This document shows positions 1 through 15,760 of a stretch of 64,000 nt of DNA, in pieces. The notes beneath the pieces are model-generated. The model was not told the DNA's origin. It worked only from the letters and a program-made list of their open reading frames with translations, and did no database searches. Origin of the DNA: Escherichia coli (GTDB lineage: Bacteria > Pseudomonadota > Gammaproteobacteria > Enterobacterales > Enterobacteriaceae); NCBI RefSeq assembly GCF_003334255.1, contig NZ_QOWU01000002.1. One strand, 5' to 3'. Every line of letters begins with the position of its first letter. Within the stretch, counting starts at the first letter, position 1. A program made the position numbers and the translations under genes.

Positions 1-350
1 TCTTCCGGTGCAGCTTGCAGTCGGTTAACCAGGACTGATACTGGCGCACACAAATAAACCACGATCCCGTTATTTTGCATGAAGTGACGATTAAATTCCG
101 TCAGAATAATGCCGCCGCCTGTAGCGATAACGGTGGATGGCGCAGTTACCGCTTCCAGCGCCGCCGTTTCTCTGGCGCGAAATCCCGCCCACTCTTCCCT
201 TTCGACGATCTCCGCGACCGTCATATTGAGCTGTGATTGCAACCACTGATCGGTATCGACAAACCGACGGTTAAGCGAATCGGCAAGGGCCATTCCGACC
301 GTTGTTTTACCACAGCCCCGAGGCCCGATCAGAAAAAGAGGTTGTGTCAT
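1..350 (-). CDS. aroL: shikimate kinase II, partial (gene continues beyond window start)
   Basis: Reverse translation from 350 gives [26 protein letters not shown] with a P-loop; recognised from memory. Confidence 0.9.
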
Positions 351-532
351 CGTGGGTTTTCCCCAATAGGTCGCAATGCGGCGAAAGCCGGTGTCATGGG
401 AATAGCGATCATACCATCAAACTAGTACAATTTCTATTGTAAAGAAAAAATTCCACTTAAAGTGAAAATCTCAATACACCCCTTACTATACCAATAAATA
501 TTCAAGAATGAAGTGTAAATAATAAATTACAT

Positions 533-991
533 TTAGCCACGACTACGTTGCACTTCCAGCCACCACTTCTCCAGCTCCGCGGCAAAGGCCTGGCGGTCAC
601 GTTGTGAAAGGCTATCTGGTCCGCCGGTCTGGATCCCACTGGCACGTAAGGTATCCATAAAATCGCGCATCGTCAGGCGCTCACGAATGGTCGCTGGCGT
701 GTAACGTTCGCCGCGCGGATTAAGCGCCGCAGCGCCTTTCTCGATGGCTTCAGCAGCCAAAGGTATATCTGCGGTGATCACCAAATCGCCCGCTTCACAC
801 TGCCGGACAATTTCGTTATCGGCAACGTCGAAACCTGCCGCGACGCGCAGCGTACGAATAAATCGCGATGGCGGCACGCGTAAACTCTGGTTTGCTACCA
901 GTACCAGCGGCATCTGCATACGTTCCGCCGCGCGATACAAAATCTCTTTAATTACATTGGGACACGCGTCGGCATCCACCCAAATTGTCAT
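533..991 (-). CDS. yaiI: UPF0178/DUF188 family protein YaiI
   Basis: ORF 533..1111 trimmed to internal ATG giving [23 protein letters not shown]..., 152 aa. Confidence 0.85.
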   Translation of the reverse strand: MTIWVDADACPNVIKEILYRAAERMQMPLVLVANQSLRVPPSRFIRTLRVAAGFDVADNEIVRQCEAGDLVITADIPLAAEAIEKGAAALNPRGERYTPATIRERLTMRDFMDTLRASGIQTGGPDSLSQRDRQAFAAELEKWWLEVQRSRG

Positions 992-1110
992 AAAGTCATC
1001 CTTTGTTGGGTAATCCTCTATTGTGTCGCGCTTTTGCCTTCCGGCATAGTTCTGTTTATGCTTCTGCCAGCGATTATCAAAACAATGAATTTCACGGCAG
1101 GAGTGAGGCA

Positions 1111-1920
1111 ATGGAAAAGAAAATCGGTTTTATTGGCTGCGGCAATATGGGAAAAGCCATTCTCGGCGGTCTGATTGCCAGCGGTCAGGTGCTTCCAGGG
1201 CAAATCTGGGTATACACCCCCTCCCCGGATAAAGTCGCCGCCCTGCATGACCAGTTCGGCATCAACGCCGCAGAATCGGCGCAAGAAGTGGCGCAAATCG
1301 CCGACATCATTTTTGCTGCCGTTAAACCTGGCATCATGATTAAAGTGCTTAGCGAAATCACCTCCAGCCTGAATAAAGACTCTCTGGTCGTTTCTATTGC
1401 TGCAGGTGTCACGCTCGACCAGCTTGCCCGCGCGCTGGGCCATGACCGGAAAATTATCCGCGCCATGCCGAACACTCCCGCACTGGTTAATGCCGGGATG
1501 ACCTCCGTAACGCCAAACGCGCTGGTAACCCCAGAAGATACCGCTGATGTGCTGAATATTTTCCGCTGCTTTGGCGAAGCGGAAGTAATTGCTGAGCCGA
1601 TGATCCACCCGGTGGTCGGTGTGAGCGGTTCTTCGCCAGCCTACGTATTTATGTTTATCGAAGCGATGGCCGACGCCGCCGTGCTGGGCGGGATGCCACG
1701 CGCCCAGGCGTATAAATTTGCCGCTCAGGCGGTAATGGGTTCCGCAAAAATGGTGCTGGAAACGGGAGAACATCCGGGGGCACTGAAAGATATGGTCTGC
1801 TCACCGGGAGGCACCACCATTGAAGCGGTACGCGTACTGGAAGAGAAAGGCTTCCGTGCTGCAGTGATCGAAGCGATGACGAAGTGTATGGAAAAATCAG
1901 AAAAACTCAGCAAATCCTGA
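1111..1920 (+). CDS. proC: pyrroline-5-carboxylate reductase
   Basis: [21 protein letters not shown] Rossmann N-terminus, 269 aa; divergent from yaiI. Confidence 0.95.
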   Translation: MEKKIGFIGCGNMGKAILGGLIASGQVLPGQIWVYTPSPDKVAALHDQFGINAAESAQEVAQIADIIFAAVKPGIMIKVLSEITSSLNKDSLVVSIAAGVTLDQLARALGHDRKIIRAMPNTPALVNAGMTSVTPNALVTPEDTADVLNIFRCFGEAEVIAEPMIHPVVGVSGSSPAYVFMFIEAMADAAVLGGMPRAQAYKFAAQAVMGSAKMVLETGEHPGALKDMVCSPGGTTIEAVRVLEEKGFRAAVIEAMTKCMEKSEKLSKS

Positions 1921-1928
1921 TGACTTTC

Positions 1929-1980
1929 GCCGGACGTCAGGCCGCCACTTCGGTGCGGTTACGTCCGGCTTTCTTTGCTT
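1929..1980 (+). terminator. candidate proC terminator hairpin with T-rich tail, overlapping the dgcC stop
   Basis: gccggacg (1929-1936) pairs with cgtccggc (1962-1969), followed by tttctttgcttt; loop is long so weak. Confidence 0.35.
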
Positions 1981-3052
1981 TGTAAAGCGCCAAATCTGCC
2001 GATTTCAACCACTCACGATAGTGACTCATTTGTGGGTTCAGCGGCGCAACCCCCACACTAATCCGTAAAGTTACCTGTGGCGTATTCGGCAAACGTAATG
2101 TATTTAGCCCTTCATGCACCCGTAACATGGCGGTAATGGCGCTCTCAGCTGGCGTACCGGACATGATTACTGCAAACTCATCGCCGCCAAACCGACCAAT
2201 CACATCGCTACCGCGCAGGGTAATTTGTAACTGTCGGGTAAGCGCCACAATCGCTTCATCGCCCACATCATGGCCCCAGGTATCGTTGATGCTCTTGAAA
2301 TGGTCGATATCGATAATCAGTAACGTTGCATCGCGATTATGCCGCCGACAGTTATCAAATTCATTGCGTAACATAGTTTCCCAATGACGTCGGTTATACA
2401 CGCCCGTCATGCCGTCGCGGGTACTCATGACCTGCAACCTGCGTTTATGTTCCGCCAGTTTGGTTGCCGTCTGGTAGCTGACCCAGCCAAACAGCAGAGG
2501 ATAAATGACAATAATGGGAAGGGAGAGCCACCATTCCAGCGGCGCACTATTGAACGACACGGTAATGCCCGTCAGCTCGAGGGTGACAAGGCAGGAAACC
2601 ACCATCAACACCAGACCCGCGACAAACAGACGGGGGCCGCCTGCCCCCATCAAATTCAGACACATAATCATCAACATCGCGGTGGAAGGCAGCACGTTTA
2701 CGCCCATTACGCCTACCCACATTCCCGCTAATACTGCATCGGTTTTTAAGTTGTAAATTTCCCGGCTAAGCGGATCGACGGCCCTGCTCGCTATCTGCCA
2801 GGCTAAATGCGGCCAGACGAACGCCCAGCCGACCAACACCAGCCACCACCAGCCCGGCGGCGGGTGTGAAACCAGCGTTGAAGCAATCGGTAAGAACATG
2901 CCAGCCAGGCCAACCGCACGGGGTAGTCTGACGCGACGGGCGAAGCGCAGCCCGGACCGCTGATGTTCGTTTTGAGGAGTTAAAGGAGGTTCCTCCCCGT
3001 GCGCCGCCGCTTTTTTGAAAAAGTTTTCATCATTCATTATTTTTGGGAACAT
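1937..3052 (-). CDS. dgcC: diguanylate cyclase (GGDEF domain, membrane-anchored)
   Basis: 371 aa ORF with N-terminal TM segments and RFGGDEF motif; matches YaiC/AdrA. Confidence 0.9.
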   Translation of the reverse strand: MFPKIMNDENFFKKAAAHGEEPPLTPQNEHQRSGLRFARRVRLPRAVGLAGMFLPIASTLVSHPPPGWWWLVLVGWAFVWPHLAWQIASRAVDPLSREIYNLKTDAVLAGMWVGVMGVNVLPSTAMLMIMCLNLMGAGGPRLFVAGLVLMVVSCLVTLELTGITVSFNSAPLEWWLSLPIIVIYPLLFGWVSYQTATKLAEHKRRLQVMSTRDGMTGVYNRRHWETMLRNEFDNCRRHNRDATLLIIDIDHFKSINDTWGHDVGDEAIVALTRQLQITLRGSDVIGRFGGDEFAVIMSGTPAESAITAMLRVHEGLNTLRLPNTPQVTLRISVGVAPLNPQMSHYREWLKSADLALYKAKKAGRNRTEVAA

Positions 3053-3153
3053 TCAGAAACAATTTTCCCAAATTATAGAGACGGAGCTAAAGGCAGAAGT
3101 ATGATATTTCGGGTGAGCCATTTTCGTAGCTCACCCGTTAGCACTATCAGGTA

Positions 3154-3474
3154 TCAGGCGGCTTTCTTGAGGCAGGCACTCATAAACTTATTACGATCAT
3201 CACCTTTCAGAGATTGTTGTGTTGCTTGATTATTGCATTCGCGCATCTTTTGCTGCTGTGGCGTCAAACTTTTTTCGCCAGGCGCAGACTTGCTGTTCTT
3301 CAGGCAATCACTCATGTAGGTCTTACGAGCATCCCCTTTCAACGCCTGCGCCGTCGCCTGCTGATTACAGGAGGTCATACGCTGTTGTTGTGGGGTTAAA
3401 GTTCTCTCGGCAGCGCCGACGGTGGTTAAAAAAACCAGACCGAAAAGCAAGGTAACCAGTAATGTTATTTTCAT
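3154..3474 (-). CDS. psiF: phosphate starvation-inducible protein PsiF
   Basis: MKITLLVTLLFGLVFLTTVGA signal peptide, internally duplicated LTPQQQ..CNxQA motif, 106 aa. Confidence 0.85.
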   Translation of the reverse strand: MKITLLVTLLFGLVFLTTVGAAERTLTPQQQRMTSCNQQATAQALKGDARKTYMSDCLKNSKSAPGEKSLTPQQQKMRECNNQATQQSLKGDDRNKFMSACLKKAA

Positions 3475-3549
3475 AGCACCATCCCTCTTCATGTTTTAAC
3501 CATGAGCGTATGCGCCCGTGATCTGCCATTAAGTCTGGTTGCTAACAGC

Positions 3550-3585
3550 AAAAAAACCACCCGGCAGCGAAAATTCACTGCCGGG
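3550..3585 (-). terminator. rho-independent terminator downstream of phoA
   Basis: On minus strand, stem cccggcag/ctgccggg (3560-3567 with 3578-3585) followed by a U-run (plus-strand aaaaaaacca 3550-3559). Confidence 0.5.
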
Positions 3586-3592
3586 CGCGGTT

Positions 3593-5008
3593 TTATTTCA
3601 GCCCCAGAGCGGCTTTCATGGTGTAGAAGAGATCGGTCTGGTCGGTCAGTCCAACAACATTGGCGGCATGCGGGCCATACGCCGCAATACGCAACTGACT
3701 GCCGGTATGTTCTTGTGAATCCTCTTCGGAGTTCCCGTAACTCATCACCATCACTGCGCCATCTTTGGTATTTAGCGCCTGGGTGAGGCCCGGAGCTTTG
3801 GTATCCGGCGCAACAATCTGGCTGGCGTGGGCGTGATCAGCGGTGACTATGACCAGCGTGTTACCCTCCTTTTTAGCGAATTCCAGCGCCCGTTGTACGG
3901 CTTCATCGAGATCGACCGTCTCGCCAATTTGCCCACAAGGATTCGCAGCATGATCCTGTTTATCGATTGACGCACCTTCAACTTGCAGGAAAAAGCCTTT
4001 CTCATTTTTACTCAACAATTCAATGGCTTTGTCGGTCATCTGCGCCAGGGTTGGTACACTGTCATTACGTTGCGGATTTGGCGTACAGGTGACTGCGGGC
4101 TTATCGATATTGCCATGGTACGTTGCTTTCGGTCCTAGCCAGCGCACTGGCATATTGCCGTCAGCAAACAGGCCAAGCAGGGGTTTTTGCTGATTCGCTT
4201 CCGTCACCGAATTCAGTGAGGCAGCATCGCTCACCAACTGATAACCACGCGCCTGTGCCTGTTCACGCAGCGTTTTTCCCTGCCATTCACCAGCGGTTGC
4301 CGTTTCAGCAAAGGTTTTTGCGCCGCCGCCAAGCGTAACGTCGGCACGAGCGTTAAGCAGCTGTTCGGTAATCGATCCTTTTCCGCCTTTTTCCAGAGCG
4401 TTACCCGGACATTTTTCACTGGTCGCGCTCGGACCGTAGCATTTGCGCGAGGTCACATGTGCCACCAGCGCAGCGGGCGTGGCATCCTGCAACTCTGCGG
4501 TAGAAACGTTACCGGTCGCCAGACCTGCGGCTTTTGCCATTTCCAGAATCGTTGGGTGATCTTTTTCGTGAATATCGACGCCCAGCGCGCCGTTATAGGT
4601 TTTGACACCGGTTGACCAGGCGGTTGCTGATGCAGCCGAGTCGGTGACGTAGTCCGGTTTGCCGGTTTTTTTATTCAGCGCATAGTGAGTGTATTGCCCG
4701 GTAAGCGGTAAGGCATCTATACCTTTAAAAAAGCCGCCCGCACCTTCGGCATAATTACGTGCGGCAGTAATTTCCGAGTCCCCCATCCCATCGCCAATCA
4801 GCAAAATAATATTTTTTGCAGGTTTATCGCTAAGAGAATCACGCAGAGCGGCAGTCTGATCACCCGTTAAACGGCGAGCACCGCCGGGTGCAGTAATATC
4901 GCCCTGAGCAGCCCGGTTTTCCAGAACAGGCATTTCTGGTGTCCGGGCTTTTGTCACAGGGGTAAACAGTAACGGTAAGAGTGCCAGTGCAATAGTGCTT
5001 TGTTTCAC
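3593..5008 (-). CDS. phoA: alkaline phosphatase, GTG start
   Basis: [38 protein letters not shown]... matches PhoA; start is GTG (cac at 5006-5008). Confidence 0.95.
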   Translation of the reverse strand: MKQSTIALALLPLLFTPVTKARTPEMPVLENRAAQGDITAPGGARRLTGDQTAALRDSLSDKPAKNIILLIGDGMGDSEITAARNYAEGAGGFFKGIDALPLTGQYTHYALNKKTGKPDYVTDSAASATAWSTGVKTYNGALGVDIHEKDHPTILEMAKAAGLATGNVSTAELQDATPAALVAHVTSRKCYGPSATSEKCPGNALEKGGKGSITEQLLNARADVTLGGGAKTFAETATAGEWQGKTLREQAQARGYQLVSDAASLNSVTEANQQKPLLGLFADGNMPVRWLGPKATYHGNIDKPAVTCTPNPQRNDSVPTLAQMTDKAIELLSKNEKGFFLQVEGASIDKQDHAANPCGQIGETVDLDEAVQRALEFAKKEGNTLVIVTADHAHASQIVAPDTKAPGLTQALNTKDGAVMVMSYGNSEEDSQEHTGSQLRIAAYGPHAANVVGLTDQTDLFYTMKAALGLK

Positions 5009-5054
5009 TTTATTTTCTCCATGTACAAATACATTAAAAAATAAAAACAAAGCG

Positions 5055-5088
5055 ACTATAAGTCTCGGCCGTGACAACTTTATGACAG
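5055..5088 (-). promoter_or_regulatory. phoA promoter with Pho box (PhoB site) and -10
   Basis: Minus-strand reading CTGTCATAAAGTTGTCAC (5071-5088) then TATAGT (5055-5060); matches the Pho box consensus. Confidence 0.7.
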
Positions 5089-5108
5089 CTGTTGAAAAGA
5101 TTAACTTT

Positions 5109-5369
5109 TTACTGACGAGGATGCTTCAATAACTTCTTTACGTAATCGCGCAGCAGCTCCGTATCGTCGTCAGGAATGCTGGCATCGGGCTTTACCTCGT
5201 ACAGCGCCCCCTCTACCTGATCAATCAACCGCTGTTGGTCATTTTGCGCCATATTGCGAAGCATTGCAGTGACGATAATCTCCAAAGCTTCTACCTGCGC
5301 ACACAGTTCTTTCGACTCTTCTTCTTTTTGGGCAAGCTTAAATAACAACTCAGCAATGAGATTTTTCAT
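5109..5369 (-). CDS. iraP: anti-adaptor protein IraP (RpoS stabiliser)
   Basis: 86 aa [30 protein letters not shown]... Confidence 0.85.
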
Positions 5370-5831
5370 GTCTGTATTTCCTTATCCAAAGTATGGAGAA
5401 GTTAACATTATGTTTCACAACTTCATAGTGTCTGGAAGTATTATTTTTATGACAAAGGAAATACTTTGCGCAAATATTTTTTGTTTGATTACCAGCGAAA
5501 CGTTTCTCTTATTTAAATAATTACCCACACAAAATATAGGCTTTTAATTATCAACCTTTATTATAAATAAAAGTTATGAAATATATTCTCTTCGTTAACT
5601 TATAATTAAGAGAAAAAAACTCACCGCATGGCCATTTAAGCCAGGAATAAATTAGCTTCCCGTTCATCATTTTTGTGATCTTGCGCACATCTTTGAGATA
5701 ACGCACTTTCTTCACCAGTACGTTGCACGCTTTGTCAGCAGAAGATTGCAACAATCTTTCAGAAGGCCGCGAATCCCCCGTTTTGTCGTGGTAATGTATG
5801 CACTTTGTGTTAGACGGGATAGGTTTTTAAG

Positions 5832-6926
5832 ATGGAAAAACTGCGGGTAGGAATCGTTTTTGGTGGTAAATCAGCGGAACATGAAGTGTCTCTGCAATCG
5901 GCAAAAAACATTGTCGATGCCATTGATAAAAGTCGCTTCGACGTTGTGCTGCTGGGCATTGATAAACAAGGGCAATGGCACGTCAGCGATGCCAGCAATT
6001 ATCTGCTAAATGCAGACGATCCTGCCCATATTGCGTTGCGCCCTTCGGCGACCAGCCTTGCGCAGGTGCCAGGTAAACATGAGCATCAGCTTATCGACGC
6101 GCAAAACGGTCAGCCGTTGCCGACGGTGGATGTCATTTTCCCGATTGTCCACGGTACGCTGGGCGAAGATGGTTCCTTGCAGGGAATGCTGCGGGTCGCC
6201 AATTTACCGTTTGTAGGTTCTGATGTTCTGGCTTCAGCAGCCTGTATGGACAAAGATGTCACCAAACGTCTGCTACGCGATGCCGGGCTGAACATTGCGC
6301 CATTTATTACCCTGACGCGCGCCAATCGTCACAACATTAGTTTTGCCGAAGTGGAGTCTAAACTGGGGTTACCACTGTTTGTAAAACCGGCTAATCAGGG
6401 CTCTTCTGTTGGTGTCAGCAAAGTAACCAGTGAAGAACAGTACGCAATTGCCGTCGATCTGGCGTTCGAGTTCGATCATAAAGTGATCGTTGAGCAAGGG
6501 ATCAAAGGTCGTGAGATCGAATGCGCAGTTCTGGGCAACGACAATCCGCAAGCCAGCACCTGTGGAGAGATCGTACTCACCAGCGATTTCTATGCCTACG
6601 ACACCAAGTACATTGACGAAGATGGCGCGAAAGTGGTAGTTCCGGCAGCCATTGCGCCAGAAATCAACGATAAGATCCGGGCGATTGCCGTTCAGGCTTA
6701 TCAAACGTTGGGATGCGCAGGCATGGCGCGTGTAGACGTGTTTTTAACCCCAGAGAACGAAGTGGTGATCAACGAGATCAACACCCTGCCTGGCTTCACT
6801 AATATCAGTATGTATCCGAAGCTGTGGCAAGCCAGCGGTCTGGGTTACACCGATCTGATCACACGTTTGATTGAACTGGCGCTGGAGCGTCACGCTGCGG
6901 ATAACGCATTGAAAACCACAATGTAA
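5832..6926 (+). CDS. ddlA: D-alanine--D-alanine ligase A
   Basis: 364 aa, [29 protein letters not shown]-grasp fold. Confidence 0.95.
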   Translation: MEKLRVGIVFGGKSAEHEVSLQSAKNIVDAIDKSRFDVVLLGIDKQGQWHVSDASNYLLNADDPAHIALRPSATSLAQVPGKHEHQLIDAQNGQPLPTVDVIFPIVHGTLGEDGSLQGMLRVANLPFVGSDVLASAACMDKDVTKRLLRDAGLNIAPFITLTRANRHNISFAEVESKLGLPLFVKPANQGSSVGVSKVTSEEQYAIAVDLAFEFDHKVIVEQGIKGREIECAVLGNDNPQASTCGEIVLTSDFYAYDTKYIDEDGAKVVVPAAIAPEINDKIRAIAVQAYQTLGCAGMARVDVFLTPENEVVINEINTLPGFTNISMYPKLWQASGLGYTDLITRLIELALERHAADNALKTTM

Positions 6927-6949
6927 TATTTTAACGCCCGATAATATTC

Positions 6950-7162
6950 TTATTGGGCGTTTTCAGTTTCTTCATCGCGACGACGAATAATCAACCCCGC
7001 CAGCCAGAAACTAATCACCCACGTCACCAGACCGACGGCATAGGTCTGCCAACCTTTTGCTTCAAATCCCAGTAACCCCACCACGCCATTAAGAATGAAT
7101 ATAAGGCCAATGGCGAACGCATAGTAGTGCCAGTCACGGCGGATTTTTACAGGCAGATTCAT
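6950..7162 (-). CDS. yaiZ: small inner membrane protein YaiZ
   Basis: ORF trimmed to MNLPVKIRRDWHYYAFAIGLIF..., 70 aa, two TM helices. Confidence 0.6.
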   Translation of the reverse strand: MNLPVKIRRDWHYYAFAIGLIFILNGVVGLLGFEAKGWQTYAVGLVTWVISFWLAGLIIRRRDEETENAQ

Positions 7163-7421
7163 GGCAGCTCCGTTAACGAAAAACAACATCCTTGCATATT
7201 CTGCAACAACCGTCTGTGGTGTAGACAACATTTTCGTAATTGTTAATAAATTTAACTTAAGGTTGCCATTTTGTGACTCACAACGAAGATTCACGCTTCG
7301 GGAATATTCCCAACATCAATTTACCATGATTCTGATATTGACAATCTAAATGACCTGTCAGACTTGCCATAAGCCGCTGGTATCACACCAGAAGAGAAGC
7401 AGATGACTTCCGGAGGTTTTT

Positions 7422-7730
7422 ATGGCTGATTTCACCCTGTCAAAATCGCTGTTTAGCGGAAAATATCGCAATGCCTCTTCAACGCCTGGCAACATTGCCT
7501 ATGCGTTGTTTGTGCTGTTTTGCTTTTGGGCTGGGGCGCAATTGCTGAACCTGTTAGTGCATGCGCCCGGCGTCTATGAGCGTTTAATGCAGGTCCAGGA
7601 AACAGGTCGCCCACGGGTGGAAATTGGTTTAGGTGTCGGCACCATTTTCGGGCTGATCCCGTTTTTAGTAGGCTGCCTCATTTTTGCAGTGGTGGCGCTA
7701 TGGCTGCACTGGCGACATCGCCGCCAGTAA
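7422..7730 (+). CDS. yaiY: inner membrane protein YaiY (DUF2755)
   Basis: 102 aa hydrophobic ORF. Confidence 0.7.
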
Positions 7731-7788
7731 GTTTTACATTGTCAGATGCGGCCTGAAACGCCTTATCTGGCCTGACATTCCTGTTTGA

Positions 7789-8883
7789 TCACTGTTTCAT
7801 ACAACGCGCCCGCCGTTCGTCTACGCGCTTCGCAAACCAGGCCGTAGTCAGGTTGCGGGTGATTTTCGGGCTTTCCAGTTGAATGCCAGGCAACATTTCG
7901 CGGGGGAGTGATTTACCCGTTTTCGTTTCGGCAAGTTGATAAACTTTCTTGTACAGCGCCGTCTCCTCAAAAGAGAAGCTGTCACCTTTCTCTAACTGAC
8001 GGCGAATTTCGCTGTCGCTCATCCCCAGTTTTGCAGCCAGTTTGCGCGTTGCCAGTTCGGTTTTCCCGGGTTCTTTACTGTCGTAACGAATTAAATCACC
8101 GTCCAGTGCCAGCTTCACGCCGCTGGCCTTACTGACCGCGTTCTGAAACGCGGCATTACGGCTGGCGTACCAGCCAGCGTTAAAATCAGCAAAACGGTAT
8201 ATCGGTGCGCTATAACTGGCGGGATAATTCAGTAAATGGTAAGTACCAAACCACAACCCGCCGCGGCGACTGAAGACTTCCTGACGGACTGTACCGTCCA
8301 TTTTCCACGGATACCCTTTGGTATGCTGTTCGGCAAAAGCAATGCTGACCTGCATCGGCCCACCGGTGCGCACCGGATTGAGCGAACCAAACAGCGTCTG
8401 CCCCATTGGCACCATGTTGATCAGATCGTCAAAAATCGCGCTCAATTGCTTTTCTGTACGCACCGAATCTAACCGTTCGCTATAACTTTTGCCGTTTGGC
8501 GATTTGATTTTTAGCGCGGTATGAACCAGAAAAGCAGGAATGTGCATCCGTTCAGCACGACGGTCAATCTCTTGCCAGGCGATCTTGCTTAAGCCCGGAA
8601 CGGCCGGATCTGCCTGATAATTTGACTCCTGCTGCGCCACCGCCAGCACCGAGCAGACGTTTTCCAGCGTCGGTGCCAGCCCCTGACTTTCAAAGGTGGT
8701 GGCGAGATCTTTCGCCCAGGCATCGCGGTCTTTCACGCTCGCAGGCATCTTCTGCCGCACGACGCTCGCTACATCTATCGCTTTTTCGCCCTTTTTCAAC
8801 GGTTGCGGAGCCTGACTACTACACCCCGCTAAAACCAGAACCGCCAACAATGACAGCGAAGATAGAGGATTGACGCGCGACAT
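7789..8883 (-). CDS. yaiW: lipoprotein YaiW (DUF1615)
   Basis: 364 aa with lipobox LLAVLVLAGC; downstream of sbmA on same strand. Confidence 0.8.
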   Translation of the reverse strand: MSRVNPLSSLSLLAVLVLAGCSSQAPQPLKKGEKAIDVASVVRQKMPASVKDRDAWAKDLATTFESQGLAPTLENVCSVLAVAQQESNYQADPAVPGLSKIAWQEIDRRAERMHIPAFLVHTALKIKSPNGKSYSERLDSVRTEKQLSAIFDDLINMVPMGQTLFGSLNPVRTGGPMQVSIAFAEQHTKGYPWKMDGTVRQEVFSRRGGLWFGTYHLLNYPASYSAPIYRFADFNAGWYASRNAAFQNAVSKASGVKLALDGDLIRYDSKEPGKTELATRKLAAKLGMSDSEIRRQLEKGDSFSFEETALYKKVYQLAETKTGKSLPREMLPGIQLESPKITRNLTTAWFAKRVDERRARCMKQ

Positions 8884-8895
8884 TACTTCTCCTTT

Positions 8896-10116
8896 TTAGC
8901 TCAAGGTATGGGTTACTTCCTGAATTTTGTCACCATCCAGCTCATGTTCAAAGCTGCGCAGACGTTTGTAGATAGACATCAACTCAACCAGTGTGGTCCA
9001 TGAGTTAATCAGGTACTGGAAAGCACCGCGAACCTGACCAAAAACGTTGGTAATCTGCGTCATCAGGCCGAGCGTAATCGTACCGGCAACAATTGACGGA
9101 AACAGCAAGAACAAACCGAAAACGTTATCGACCTGCAAATAGAGAATGCGGGCGATGTTGAAATACATATAGTGAAAATAGAGGCGGAAATAGTTTTTCC
9201 GTACGGCGCTAAACAGCTCGCGTACCGTAGGCGGCGTCGCGCGCGTGGCATCGTCTTCACCATAAACCAGCTCTTTACGGTAGGCAGCCTCTACACGCTG
9301 GTTTTTAAACTCCAGCCCCGGCAGTTTGATCCCTACCACTGCCAGCAATCCGGTCCCCATCAGCGACCAGACGATTGTGGCAATCACCAGACCATACGGA
9401 ATGTGCCCGATAATCGGCAGCTCCGGCACATGCGCGGAGAGCGTTACCAGCACCGGCAGGAAGGCGATCAACGTCATGATGGCGTTGATAAAACTGACGC
9501 CCATATTCTCCAGCGTTGAAGCAAAACGCATGGTGTCTTCCTGCACACGCTGTGCGGCCCCTTCGATATGACGCAGTTGTTGCCAGTTCGCCATGTAATA
9601 TTCGTTCATCGCTGTACGCCAGCGGAACACGTAGTGACTGACAAAGAAGTTGTTCAGCACACTGATCACCACAGCGATCAGCGCAATCCCCAGAAAGACG
9701 CCCACTTCGCGGTAAAATTGTTCGATGGTGACTTTATGCGGCGAACTTAGCGCGGTTTGAATCAGATCATAGAACGGCGCATACCAGGCGTTGACGGCGA
9801 CCCCGACTTCCACCAAAAACCAGGTGACGAAGATGATCAGTGCAGTACCGAGTATTGACCAGTATTGCCAACGATGCGGGCTGTAGATAAACCAGAACAA
9901 TGCAAAAAGTCCTACGCAAACAATGTAGTAAGCGTAAAAAATCAGGAAATCCAACGACCAGAAACGCGCGGCGCTAATCGGGATCTGCCCGGAAGCGCCG
10001 GTGATACGCGCCACCCAGTCACCCCCACCGGCTTGCCAGAAGATAACGGCAATCAATGCCCAAACGAAGGCCGAGAGAAAAAACGTTCCCGGCTTTGGGA
10101 AAAAAGACTTAAACAT
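8896..10116 (-). CDS. sbmA: peptide antibiotic / antimicrobial peptide transporter SbmA
   Basis: [31 protein letters not shown]..., 406 aa polytopic membrane protein. Confidence 0.9.
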   Translation of the reverse strand: MFKSFFPKPGTFFLSAFVWALIAVIFWQAGGGDWVARITGASGQIPISAARFWSLDFLIFYAYYIVCVGLFALFWFIYSPHRWQYWSILGTALIIFVTWFLVEVGVAVNAWYAPFYDLIQTALSSPHKVTIEQFYREVGVFLGIALIAVVISVLNNFFVSHYVFRWRTAMNEYYMANWQQLRHIEGAAQRVQEDTMRFASTLENMGVSFINAIMTLIAFLPVLVTLSAHVPELPIIGHIPYGLVIATIVWSLMGTGLLAVVGIKLPGLEFKNQRVEAAYRKELVYGEDDATRATPPTVRELFSAVRKNYFRLYFHYMYFNIARILYLQVDNVFGLFLLFPSIVAGTITLGLMTQITNVFGQVRGAFQYLINSWTTLVELMSIYKRLRSFEHELDGDKIQEVTHTLS

Positions 10117-10467
10117 ATGCACTCCTGCTAACTTCTTATCGTTTTAACAACTGCTGTGTATTAACCGCATGACCGCTACAAAGCGTCAGCCAAATGAAAC
10201 CGCCCATTGTGACCCATAGCAAGGCGCTTAGTTCGCCAGCCTGACCATAAGAATTGTTTCGACGGATTTCACAAACCAAAGATTGTTTACATAAGCGGAT
10301 TAACACGCGCAGGATCACAAATGCAGGCATTGGTGAGCAGGAAAAAGATCGTGTTTACGCGCCGTTACGTTTTTAACACTATTATTGCACTAATTCGCCC
10401 TTTGCAATCTATCAATGAGTAGTATAAATACGCTCAGTTACCTTCATTCAATCTATGGACACCACCG

Positions 10468-11625
10468 TTGAAACGTAGTCTGCTTTTTTCTGCCGTGCTG
10501 TGTGCGGCGTCATTGACCTCCGTCCATGCGGCGCAGCCGATCACTGAACCGGAGTTTGCCTCTGATATTGTCGATCGTTATGCCGATCATATTTTTTACG
10601 GCAGCGGTGCCACGGGGATGGCTCTGGTTGTTATCGACGGTAACCAGCGCGTCTTTCGCAGTTATGGCGAAACGCGACCTGGTAATAACGTTCGCCCGCA
10701 GCTGGATTCGGTCGTGCGTATTGCTTCCCTCACCAAGCTAATGACCAGTGAGATGCTGGTGAAATTGCTCGACCAGGGGACCGTGAAGTTAAACGATCCG
10801 CTAAGTAAATATGCTCCGCCAGGCGCACGCGTGCCAACCTACAATGGGACGCCCATTACGCTGGTCAATCTGGCAACCCATACCAGCGCCCTGCCCCGTG
10901 AACAGCCCGGTGGCGCGGCACATCGTCCGGTGTTTGTCTGGCCAACGCGCGAGCAACGCTGGAAATACCTTTCTACGGCGAAGCTGAAAGCCGCGCCAGG
11001 CAGTCAGGCGGCGTACTCTAACCTTGCGTTCGACCTGCTGGCAGATGCACTGGCGAATGCGTCCGGCAAGCCTTATACCCAGTTGTTTGAAGAGCAGATT
11101 ACCCGTCCATTGGGGATGAAAGACACCACCTACACCCCCTCACCGGATCAGTGCCGCCGTTTAATGGTTGCTGAGCGCGGTGCCAGTCCGTGCAATAACA
11201 CGCTGGCGGCAATTGGCAGCGGCGGCGTCTATTCCACGCCTGGCGATATGATGCGCTGGATGCAGCAGTATTTGTCATCTGATTTTTATCAGCGCAGTAA
11301 CCAGGCAGATCGCATGCAGACGTTGATTTATCAGCGCGCGCAGTTTACGAAAGTGATTGGCATGGATGTCCCCGGCAAAGCGGATGCGCTTGGTTTAGGT
11401 TGGGTATATATGGCCCCGAAAGAGGGTCGTCCGGGGATTATTCAGAAGACAGGCGGTGGTGGCGGTTTCATTACCTATATGGCGATGATCCCGCAGAAGA
11501 ATATTGGCGCGTTTGTGGTGGTCACTCGTTCGCCGTTGACGCGCTTTAAAAATATGAGCGATGGCATCAATGACCTGGTGACCGAGCTAAGCGGGAATAA
11601 ACCGTTGGTTATCCCCGCGTCCTGA
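10468..11625 (+). CDS. ampH: penicillin-binding protein AmpH (class C beta-lactamase family)
   Basis: 385 aa with signal peptide and SxxK active-site motif (IASLTK). Confidence 0.9.
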   Translation: MKRSLLFSAVLCAASLTSVHAAQPITEPEFASDIVDRYADHIFYGSGATGMALVVIDGNQRVFRSYGETRPGNNVRPQLDSVVRIASLTKLMTSEMLVKLLDQGTVKLNDPLSKYAPPGARVPTYNGTPITLVNLATHTSALPREQPGGAAHRPVFVWPTREQRWKYLSTAKLKAAPGSQAAYSNLAFDLLADALANASGKPYTQLFEEQITRPLGMKDTTYTPSPDQCRRLMVAERGASPCNNTLAAIGSGGVYSTPGDMMRWMQQYLSSDFYQRSNQADRMQTLIYQRAQFTKVIGMDVPGKADALGLGWVYMAPKEGRPGIIQKTGGGGGFITYMAMIPQKNIGAFVVVTRSPLTRFKNMSDGINDLVTELSGNKPLVIPAS

Positions 11626-12314
<689 letters not shown>

Positions 12315-12315
12315 T

Positions 12316-15237
<2,922 letters not shown>

Positions 15238-15760
15238 TTGTCATCCCTCCTCAGGGACGTAATAAGTTGATCCATCAATTATCAATGCATAGAAAACATA
15301 TTATGTTTCGCGCTAACGATTATGCTGCGTTACAGACGAATGGTTCAATTATTCTTTCCCCTAAGTCCGAATGTGGACATATATAATTTATGGAGAAAAA
15401 CACGCATCAAATTCATAAAAGCACAGTATTTCAACATATTGCAGATAATTTTGTTTTTGAAGCATACGCATAATAAATATCACAAACACAAACCAGATAA
15501 ATATCCTATGAATATGCAACAAAGTTTTAATTATTCAATTTATAGCAGCGCAACCAAACTCCAAAAAATAATAACCAACAGCTATAAATAAAGATTAAAA
15601 ATATTTTCAGTGAATATAAAATTATTGCTGTTTCTATTAAAAAGATGTCCTGGCCTCTCTTCCATTCTCTTCTTGTCAACATCGCGACAACTTTCGTAAA
15701 ACATCCCTACCCTGCTTCAGGTATACTATGCCCCTCGATTCCACAAACATCAGGCAGACC